Source: a bacterium (GTDB taxonomy: Bacteria; UBA10199; 2-02-FULL-50-16; JAJFLM01). From it: a stretch of DNA of 64,000 nt. Both the position numbers and the translations under genes were made by a program. The notes beneath the pieces are model-generated. The model was given only the letters and a program-made list of their open reading frames with translations, was not told the DNA's origin and did not search any database. Of the stretch, positions 50,041-57,346 are shown in pieces (within the stretch, counting starts at the first letter, position 1; each line of letters begins with the position of its first letter). The stretch covers positions 2,048,001-2,112,000 of the forward strand of contig CBDCFN010000016.1 of assembly GCA_965216315.1 (NCBI GenBank), read 5' to 3'.

Positions 50041-50928
50041 ATGAAAAAATTTCCCTTTAAACGTACTAAGCTCACAATTGCACTCGGACTCGGCCTCATC
50101 TGCCTGATCGCCGTTATCTGGGTCTTATGGCCCAAGTCCACACGCGTTGAAACGGCAACAGTGATGCGTAGCCCTTATGAGCAATTCATAGAAGAAGACG
50201 GCGTTACCCGGGCACGTGAGATCTATACGCTCTCGTCTATCGTCGCGGGAAATTTAAAACGCGTGACTCTCCGGGCCGGAGATAGGGTACAAAAGGGCGA
50301 TGTTCTCTTTGAAATTGACTGGGATCGCCCCGTGAAGGTCCGTTCGCCTGCCAGTGGCTGGGTCCTGCGCGTTATTCAGGAAAGTGCCGCCGCGGTCGAA
50401 CGAGGTGCGCCGATCATGGAAGTTGCCGACGCCACCTCGCTGGAGATTGTTGTCGACGTTCTGACCACCGAGGCCGTCAAGATCAAGGCCGGCGTCCCTG
50501 TGCGCATCAAAGGCTGGGGGGGCACCGTCCCCTTGCAAGGCCGGGTTCGCCGCGTCGAACCGTCAGCTTTCAAGAAGGTATCCGCCCTCGGCGTTGAGGA
50601 ACAGCGAGTCAATGTCATCATTGACATCAAGGAACCTTATGCCAAATGGGAGGGTCTCGGTAATAATTATAAGGTCGACTGCGAAATCATCATCTATCGA
50701 ACAGATGATGCCTTGACGATCCCCACAGGTGCCTTATTTCGCGATGGTGACAATTGGGCCGTCTATCGCGTTGATGGTGAAACAGCGCGTAAACAGGTAC
50801 TCGACATTGTGCGCCGCAATCCAAAGCAAGCGATGGTCGCCGATGGACTGAAGACCGGCGACCGGGTTATTCTATATCCAAGCGATGAAATCCAAGATGG
50901 TTCGCGCATAAAAGCCATGTCCCAATAG
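50041..50928 (+). CDS. Efflux periplasmic adaptor subunit
   Basis: N-terminal TM, VRSPASG, KVSALGVEEQRV; the alpha-hairpin appears absent. Confidence 0.88.
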   Translation: MKKFPFKRTKLTIALGLGLICLIAVIWVLWPKSTRVETATVMRSPYEQFIEEDGVTRAREIYTLSSIVAGNLKRVTLRAGDRVQKGDVLFEIDWDRPVKVRSPASGWVLRVIQESAAAVERGAPIMEVADATSLEIVVDVLTTEAVKIKAGVPVRIKGWGGTVPLQGRVRRVEPSAFKKVSALGVEEQRVNVIIDIKEPYAKWEGLGNNYKVDCEIIIYRTDDALTIPTGALFRDGDNWAVYRVDGETARKQVLDIVRRNPKQAMVADGLKTGDRVILYPSDEIQDGSRIKAMSQ

Positions 50929-50938
50929 CAAAAAGACA

Positions 50939-51877
50939 ATGTACTTTCATAGTCCCATTGAATTTCGCCTCATCAAGTACCGGGCGAAGGAGCTTGGATC
51001 CTTGATCCCCGATATCATGCGCAAGGGTCCCCCTCCTCAAACCCATAAAGTTCTCCCCGAAATGAAAAATCCGTCAGGGTCGAAACCCTTAGCGGAGAAG
51101 CGCCACCTTGATACCGATCAAGTTCGTGAACAGTACCGGGTTGAACATGAACAACTGGAACATCTTGAATTTCATCATCCCTATCAAGAAATACGCAATC
51201 AGTGGAGTCTCAGCCAGCTGACCCAAGGGATACGGCCTCTACACATCGGAGTTATCCAAGATGGCAGCAGCACCGATACAACAGGCCGCAAAAGCACCCA
51301 ATTTTTATTAGATCACTACCACGGCCAGGTGAACCTGATTGATATAAGCGGCGCTGCGAATCCTCTTTCATTGATTCTGGATCAGGCCAATAATAACCTG
51401 CTGACCTTGTTAGTCGGAACACGTTCGCAGCTAGTAAAGATGGCACCCTTACTCCAGCAAAGTCCCTGCCCACTCCTGATCGTCCCTGATACTCAGCCCT
51501 TAACCCAACTGAAAAATGTGCTCGTCCCGTGTGACGCGACGCCTTTTTCTTACGCGTCCCTAGCCCAGGGCTTGGTCTGCTGTGAAGATTTTGGGAGCGA
51601 CCTCCATGTGCTCCATGTAAGCTCAACTCCGCAGGAACAACGCATTGAACATCAAGAGATGACAGACCTCATGGAACAGATGCGCTGGCATGATGTCAGT
51701 CATGATTATCTGACTGTCAGCGGCGATGTCGTTGCAAGACTTGAAAGCTATTGCCGGCTAGCAAAGATCGATCTGGTGATTATGGGCACTCACCGGCTAA
51801 AAGCCGCGTCCGACAGCCTTACTTCCGAATTGATCGCCAAGGGCTCAAGCTCAATCTGGGTTTTGCATCCCAACTAA
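50939..51877 (+). CDS. Universal stress protein (tandem USP-like)
   Basis: SPCPLLIVP, VLVPCD, LHV, IDLVIMGTH; start uncertain. Confidence 0.75.
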   Translation: MYFHSPIEFRLIKYRAKELGSLIPDIMRKGPPPQTHKVLPEMKNPSGSKPLAEKRHLDTDQVREQYRVEHEQLEHLEFHHPYQEIRNQWSLSQLTQGIRPLHIGVIQDGSSTDTTGRKSTQFLLDHYHGQVNLIDISGAANPLSLILDQANNNLLTLLVGTRSQLVKMAPLLQQSPCPLLIVPDTQPLTQLKNVLVPCDATPFSYASLAQGLVCCEDFGSDLHVLHVSSTPQEQRIEHQEMTDLMEQMRWHDVSHDYLTVSGDVVARLESYCRLAKIDLVIMGTHRLKAASDSLTSELIAKGSSSIWVLHPN

Positions 51878-51902
51878 ATATGGCACAATAGGAATCAAAC
51901 TG

Positions 51903-52652
51903 ATGAGCAAAATCCTCGTTTGCCAACATGTTGCCTACGAAATACTGGGAACCCTCAATCCCCTGATCAAGTCGCACGGCTTTAGAATTCGCTACGTCAA
52001 TTTCGATCGTCACCCCGATGCGACACCCGAACTAGAGGGCTATCGTGGACTCATCATTTTAGGCGGCCCGATGAATGTCGATCAAAGTGAAGCTTATCCT
52101 CACCTCATCCATGAAATGCGTCTCATCGAGGCCGCCCTTGAAAAAGACATTCCCGTCCTCGGTATTTGCCTCGGGGCCCAGCTCATCGCCAAAGCCTTGG
52201 GCTCCCGTGTCGGTCCCGGACCGGAAAAAGAAATTGGTTGGTACCGACTCCGCCCGACAAAAGAGGGCCAAAAAGATCCCCTGATTTCTCACTTCAACGA
52301 ATCGGAACAAATCTTCCAGTGGCACGGTGATACCTTCGATATTCCCAAGCAAGCCGTTCACCTCGCCTCTGGCGAAGGTTGTTGCCCTAATCAAGCCTTT
52401 CGTTATGGAGACAAAGTGTATGGATTTCAGTTCCATCTCGAAGTCGATGAAGCCATGATTATGCGTTGGCTGCAGGTACCTTTTCACCTGAATGAACTGG
52501 CCAAGCTCCAAGGCAAAATTGATCCTGAAGTCATTCGAGAAGAAACACCTCATTACATAGAAGATTCAATGCGCCTGAGCAAAAAAGTTTTTGGTGGATT
52601 TGTCGACCTCGTTGGCAAAAAAAAGAAGTTGCTCAGCCTTCCGTCCCGTTAA
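51903..52652 (+). CDS. Type 1 glutamine amidotransferase (GMP-synthase-like)
   Basis: LGGPM, GICLGAQ, WHGDTF, QFHLE. Confidence 0.9.
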   Translation: MSKILVCQHVAYEILGTLNPLIKSHGFRIRYVNFDRHPDATPELEGYRGLIILGGPMNVDQSEAYPHLIHEMRLIEAALEKDIPVLGICLGAQLIAKALGSRVGPGPEKEIGWYRLRPTKEGQKDPLISHFNESEQIFQWHGDTFDIPKQAVHLASGEGCCPNQAFRYGDKVYGFQFHLEVDEAMIMRWLQVPFHLNELAKLQGKIDPEVIREETPHYIEDSMRLSKKVFGGFVDLVGKKKKLLSLPSR

Positions 52653-52654
52653 TA

Positions 52655-53782
52655 TTAAATCCAGTAACGAATCAACATGACAAGACGCTCGGCTATTCGC
52701 TGCATACGCGGCCTTTGCGTCCAGGCTTGCAGAGAAACCCCTTGCGCGTGCTCAACATCTTGACTGAATTGTCGCGACAACGACAGCAACGATGACTCAT
52801 GCGTCATCACAATCGCCACTTCAAAATTGTGCCTAAAACTTCGCGTATCTAAGTTACTAGTACCCACTGTTGCCCAATCATCGATGATCATTGTCTTCGC
52901 ATGCAAAACACTCGTATGATATTCAAAAATACGGACGCCTGAATGCAAAAGCGTCCCGTAAAATGCGGATGCCGCCCATTTGACGAGGCGCACATCAGGC
53001 GCCTGCGGGAGGATGAGGCGCACATCAACGCCCCGCTCCGCCGCTCTTTTTAAGGCGCGCAGCAAGGCACGCGGGGGAACAAAATAGGCATTCGTAATCC
53101 AAAGACGCTCTTTAGCTTTATCAATCCGCGTTATCAGATTGCGAAGATGTCGGTGCCGCATCCATGTCTGATGATTCAAAAAAACCAGAGAGCTCACTGA
53201 CTTGCGTTTTTGCATACGACCCTTAAAAGGAGCCAGATACCAGGCGCGCGACCATGCTAAGTTGAAAACACCGGCCAGCTTACGCAATTCCTTGCCGCGA
53301 ATGCGCACGCCCGTATCCCGCCATGATCGCTTCTCATTAAACTCGCTGAGATGAACCGCCCAGACATTCATGCTACCGACCCAGGCCTCTTTTCTATCGA
53401 TTAAACATACTTTGCGATGATTGCGCTTATTCACCCGCGCAAAGAGGCGACCGATGCGTCGAATTCCAAACGGAAATGAAAAAAAGGCCCAGGGATAAGG
53501 ATGGTAAATGCGGGCGGAAATGCCTACCGCCTTTAACCGCTTGGCAAAATGAAAACGCCAGAATGGCGAACCGAGTCCGTCGATGAGAAGACGAACCCTT
53601 ACTCCTCGTTGTGCCGCCCGGATAAAAGCCTCAATGATACGCTGCCCGAGTGCATCATTCTCAAAGATATACATCTCGAAATCGATCGTCTCTTGGGCTT
53701 TATCAATCGCACTGACGAGATCGGCAAAAAATCCGTCACTATCGTGATAGACTGTTTCGCTGAGCCATCGAGGCTGCTTCAT
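52655..53782 (-). CDS. clsB: Cardiolipin synthase B-like phospholipase D
   Basis: Two HxKxxxxD motifs (HRKVCLID, HAKTMIID), WRDT, NAYFVP; no N-terminal TM. Confidence 0.85.
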   Translation of the reverse strand: MKQPRWLSETVYHDSDGFFADLVSAIDKAQETIDFEMYIFENDALGQRIIEAFIRAAQRGVRVRLLIDGLGSPFWRFHFAKRLKAVGISARIYHPYPWAFFSFPFGIRRIGRLFARVNKRNHRKVCLIDRKEAWVGSMNVWAVHLSEFNEKRSWRDTGVRIRGKELRKLAGVFNLAWSRAWYLAPFKGRMQKRKSVSSLVFLNHQTWMRHRHLRNLITRIDKAKERLWITNAYFVPPRALLRALKRAAERGVDVRLILPQAPDVRLVKWAASAFYGTLLHSGVRIFEYHTSVLHAKTMIIDDWATVGTSNLDTRSFRHNFEVAIVMTHESSLLSLSRQFSQDVEHAQGVSLQAWTQRPRMQRIAERLVMLIRYWI

Positions 53783-53788
53783 AATAGG

Positions 53789-54937
53789 CTAATCAGCGAC
53801 CTTGCGAAGGCGCCTGAGACGCTCCAATTCCTTGGGAGGTATCGTCGTCCCCGCACTTCCGGTATAACCGAAAAATATCTCATTGCTCAGCGTTCGATAG
53901 CACTCATTGGACAGCTCACTATGCGGTAATGTCTTAATACAGGCCTCATAATAGTACTGATCCAGGTTCCAGAGCAGAGCATCCCGCAAGGTCCCGTAGG
54001 CGCGGCCTAACTGATAAAAGGCCTCCGCCTGCTCTTCAAAGCTGGCATTCTTTTGGAGCGCCTGATTCAGATAATTGGTCGCACGCAGATAGAGCACATC
54101 CGCGACATGATCGGTTGGAAAATCTTGCTTCTCTTGAGCTTGCTTAATCAAGCCTTTAGCCGTCGCGATGAGTTGCTTGGCCGTCGCCCCCGGAGAGGTT
54201 TTTTCTTGCTGCCAGGCCTGCAGGTCCAACTGCCAGGCCTTAAAGTCCTTAATAACAAACTCCGGTACACCGGGCTTTACTAAGGCCTTTTGAATGATCT
54301 TAATACCGGCCACCGCATCCTGCTTGACACGAACCGCGACACTCAGCCCCGTCTTAACCGCCTGCGTAAACTCACGGAGCTCACCAAAGGGCAACGACGT
54401 TTTATTCAGAATCGCATCCAGGCTCTTTAATGTCTGATCAAACTGTCGCGTCGCCGCATAGAAATGAACTTTTTGGTACGGCGTTAAAGAAATCGTTTCT
54501 ACTTCATTTCCCGCGTCACGGAATTGCTTAGCCGCCGTTTGTCCGGTATGACAGGACAAACAAAGTTGCGAAACCGTCGCGACCCGATTGCGCACGTAAT
54601 TAATACGGCCGCTGTCAAAACGATCCGCCATATCTTTGACGTAATCGGCATAGATCTCGCCGATCGCCTTGAGGCCGGTCTTGCCCTGTTGCTTCAGTCC
54701 ACCCACGACATGGCCGGACCCAGCATCCAATTCCTTCAATGCAGACGCAATGACCTCTTTATTTTTAGGGTCTTTAAATTGTTTTGAATCCGATGCGAGC
54801 TTTTGCAGCTGAATAAGTGAAACGAAGTTCTTACGCATCGTTACATTTAAGTTTTTTTCCGTAGATTCCGCAGCCCCGACTGACGTCGTAATCAGCAATG
54901 CGATTGAAATGAACCCAAATAAGACCTTTTGTGGCAT
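53789..54937 (-). CDS. Exported helical protein with a single CxxCH heme motif
   Basis: Signal peptide, CLSCH, TPR-like C-terminal helices ending in GYTGSAGT. Confidence 0.75.
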   Translation of the reverse strand: MPQKVLFGFISIALLITTSVGAAESTEKNLNVTMRKNFVSLIQLQKLASDSKQFKDPKNKEVIASALKELDAGSGHVVGGLKQQGKTGLKAIGEIYADYVKDMADRFDSGRINYVRNRVATVSQLCLSCHTGQTAAKQFRDAGNEVETISLTPYQKVHFYAATRQFDQTLKSLDAILNKTSLPFGELREFTQAVKTGLSVAVRVKQDAVAGIKIIQKALVKPGVPEFVIKDFKAWQLDLQAWQQEKTSPGATAKQLIATAKGLIKQAQEKQDFPTDHVADVLYLRATNYLNQALQKNASFEEQAEAFYQLGRAYGTLRDALLWNLDQYYYEACIKTLPHSELSNECYRTLSNEIFFGYTGSAGTTIPPKELERLRRLRKVAD

Positions 54938-54999
54938 TGGAACCCCCTTGATATGAATGACAATTCACTCTGACACAGTCGCAGCTCAGCAACTATGAT

Positions 55000-56592
55000 T
55001 CAGCTCATATATAGCCTGTCGCGCATTTTATCCAGGATTTTCGGTATTTGCAGCGTCAATTCCTGATCGGCATCAATGCTCAAGACATCGGCTATTTCGC
55101 AACCTTCAATAGCCGCGTACGCTGCAAGTTGTTGCGCCAATATCCTCTCGTCGGCCTCAGAGGCATCCACCCCTCCTTGAGCTCGCCGTTCAACGCGCGC
55201 ACGCAAAGTTGCTGGTGACGCCCGTATATCCAAAATGAGGAACGGGACGGAGCACTTGAGTGCCACGGCACGACAGAGCGCCCTTTGCTCGGCCTTCAAA
55301 AAGGTCCCATCAATGATCACGGGGTAACCATTCTCGAGACAAGCCGCTGCCCGTGTCGCAAGATATTCATAAAGCCATTCACTGGTCTCGGCACTATACA
55401 TTTTATCTTTGAGCGGGCCCTCGCTTGATTCATCCACCGCAAGCTTAAAACGCCGTTTTCGCTCAACATCGGTGCGCAGGCCAATCGCGCTAAGCTCATC
55501 ACGCGCGGCACGCGCCAGCAGTGACTTTCCGGAACCCGAGAGACCGCGAGTAATACATAGAAAGAGCGGCGGTTGTGCGCAGGTTTGTAGCGCCAATTGC
55601 AGATACGATGATAACTCTTCAATAAGTGAATCATGCTCCGAACCGTTCTCGCCTGCCTGCTGGAGCCGAATCGCAGCAATCTTGGCCCGCACCAGTGCCC
55701 GATAGACCCGGTAGAAGCGAAGCACACTCAAGCCTTCATAGTCCCCGGTCCATTCGAGATAATGATTGAGCAGCCGACTCGCATAGGTGGGTGCCTGCCT
55801 GCCGGCCAGGCAGGCCTGTCTATCTTCCAAGTCCATAATGGCAAAGGCCAGCTCATTCATCACATCGATCCAGCGGAGGCGCTCACTGAATTCAATGGCA
55901 TCGAAGAGCACGGGAGTCTCATCGAGCAGAATCATATTGGCTAGATGCGCATCTCCATGGCATTCACGCACAAAGCCGCTCTGCTTGCGCCGCTGAAACA
56001 CCGCTTTTTTGCGGTTAAATTCGTCACGGCACCATTGCTCGATCTGGCTGAGCTGTTCGATCTGTGTTTGATCAAACAGGAGAGGTCTCAACTGCAAAAA
56101 ACATTCTTCGACCGGTTTGATAAGCACCTCCGGGTCCCCAAACTCTTTATCTTCAGTGGCCACGGCACACTTCGAATGAAAATCGGCCAGCCGCCGCGCC
56201 AACTGATCAATGTGTTCCGGAGATAGCTCCCCTCGCTCCAGCACGTGATCGAGCCGCGTCGCCTGGTCAAAGCGCTTCATTTTGACCGCATACTCAATCG
56301 CCGGGCCAGGGCCATCGATTACAGGGTCTGCTTCGGTACCTGTGATTTTAACGACCGCTAAATAAAGTTGCGGGGCTAAGCGACGATTGAGTCGTAGTTC
56401 TTCCTGACAATAGAAGTGACGATCTTCTAATTTTCTGAAATCAAGAAAACCCAGATCGAGCGGCTTCTTGATCTTATAGACGTAATCTCCAGCCAAGAGC
56501 ACCCACGAGATGTGGGTCTCCATCAATTCCACCCGCTCGACCGGGTGGTCATAACGGCTCGGATCCTGAAGTGCCTGAATCAGTAGATCCAT
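55000..56592 (-). CDS. Bifunctional aminoglycoside-phosphotransferase-like / AAA_33 P-loop kinase
   Basis: ETHISWV, ELRLNRRLAP, ECHGDAHL.N, D.IEF; GLSGSGKS, DGTFL, DASEAD. Confidence 0.92.
   Translation of the reverse strand: MDLLIQALQDPSRYDHPVERVELMETHISWVLLAGDYVYKIKKPLDLGFLDFRKLEDRHFYCQEELRLNRRLAPQLYLAVVKITGTEADPVIDGPGPAIEYAVKMKRFDQATRLDHVLERGELSPEHIDQLARRLADFHSKCAVATEDKEFGDPEVLIKPVEECFLQLRPLLFDQTQIEQLSQIEQWCRDEFNRKKAVFQRRKQSGFVRECHGDAHLANMILLDETPVLFDAIEFSERLRWIDVMNELAFAIMDLEDRQACLAGRQAPTYASRLLNHYLEWTGDYEGLSVLRFYRVYRALVRAKIAAIRLQQAGENGSEHDSLIEELSSYLQLALQTCAQPPLFLCITRGLSGSGKSLLARAARDELSAIGLRTDVERKRRFKLAVDESSEGPLKDKMYSAETSEWLYEYLATRAAACLENGYPVIIDGTFLKAEQRALCRAVALKCSVPFLILDIRASPATLRARVERRAQGGVDASEADERILAQQLAAYAAIEGCEIADVLSIDADQELTLQIPKILDKMRDRLYMS
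55793..55815. repeat. Short palindromic element inside a coding sequence
   Basis: GCCTGCCTGCCGGCCAGGCAGGC; adds about 7 aa in frame. Confidence 0.7.
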
Positions 56593-56659
56593 ATTTTATG
56601 GCATAACAAATGTATTAAATTGTGTACACGGCTATACGAAAAATGCTTCGCTAAGCATT

Positions 56660-56706
56660 GGGGGCGCAGCGCCTGCCTAACGGCGAGACAGGCTACGCCC
56701 CCCTAC
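56660..56706. repeat. GTAG-REP-like hairpin with a nested GCCTGCCT...CAGGC palindrome
   Basis: GGGGGCGCAGC-[GCCTGCCTAACGGCGAGACAGGC]-TACGCCCCCC-TAC. Confidence 0.6.
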
Positions 56707-56712
56707 GCTCGT

Positions 56713-56835
56713 CTACTGACAGCACTTCTCAAGCGCATCGGCCAGAGATCGCAGGGCCGAGGCAAATGAGTCGGCGCATTGGCAATCCTTGCAGCAATCA
56801 CAACAACTGCAACAGGATTTCTTTTCTTCACTCAT
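56713..56835 (-). CDS. Small Cys-rich (metallothionein-like) protein, 40 aa
   Basis: MSEEKKSCCSCCDCCKDCQCADSFASALRSLADALEKCCQ*; AGGAGG RBS; ATG overlaps the arsR stop; absent from the ORF track because of its size. Confidence 0.8.
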   Translation of the reverse strand: MSEEKKSCCSCCDCCKDCQCADSFASALRSLADALEKCCQ

Positions 56836-57187
56836 CGTTTGATCCTCCTATTTCTTTTGAGTCTTCCAGACAGGACTCCAGACAATCCGCAATCGAACGC
56901 AAGGTCTGCGCGACCTTCGAGGCGTTCACCGTGTAACGAACTTCTTTCCCCTGCTTCTTCGCCGCGAGGATGCCCGCCGCTTTGAGCTTGGCGAGATGGC
57001 GCGACACAACCGAAAGATCGACGTTGCAACAACCGGCCATCGCTTGGACCGTCTGACCCTCCTTTTGCTGACTTAAGCCCGTGAGCAGGGCAATCCGATT
57101 GGGGTCACAGAGGGCCTTGAAGAACTCTGGCTCCATCAATTCCCCCAGATCCGGGCAGCAGGCATCTTTTGGCTCTTTTTTGCTCAT
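56828..57187 (-). CDS. ArsR/SmtB family metalloregulator
   Basis: FKALCDPNRIALL, SVVSRHL..LK.AG, KQGKEVRY; Cys pairs DACC and GCC plus C-terminal DCLESC. Confidence 0.92.
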   Translation of the reverse strand: MSKKEPKDACCPDLGELMEPEFFKALCDPNRIALLTGLSQQKEGQTVQAMAGCCNVDLSVVSRHLAKLKAAGILAAKKQGKEVRYTVNASKVAQTLRSIADCLESCLEDSKEIGGSNDE

Positions 57188-57223
57188 TTGCACAAATATG
57201 CAATTATAAACTCGGTTTGTCAA
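57188..57223 (-). promoter_or_regulatory. Putative leaderless sigma70 promoter and ArsR operator
   Basis: TTGACA-N17-CATATT-N7-ATG, with a TTGCA-N6-TGCAA inverted repeat over the -10. Confidence 0.55.
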
Positions 57224-57299
57224 GTCCGTTCACGGCAAACGGAGCGCTGCGTCATGGCAATTTCCTGAAATGATTGAGAAATCGGGCCCAAATAGCCCA

Positions 57300-57325
57300 C
57301 AACCTTTGTTCATTTTTGCCGACGA
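57300..57325 (+). promoter_or_regulatory. Putative sigma28(FliA)-like promoter
   Basis: CAAC-N14-GCCGACGA, 21 nt before the ATG. Confidence 0.45.
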
Positions 57326-57346
57326 CTAGACGGATCCGGTGCTGCT

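Noticed and set aside
54945..54985. Possible FNR/CRP box upstream of the heme protein
   Set aside because: Only half-site matches (TTGAT without ATCAA at the right spacing).
55000..56592. Aminoglycoside resistance gene
   Set aside because: The APH-like fold fused to an AAA_33 kinase is a widespread family with no support here for a resistance role.
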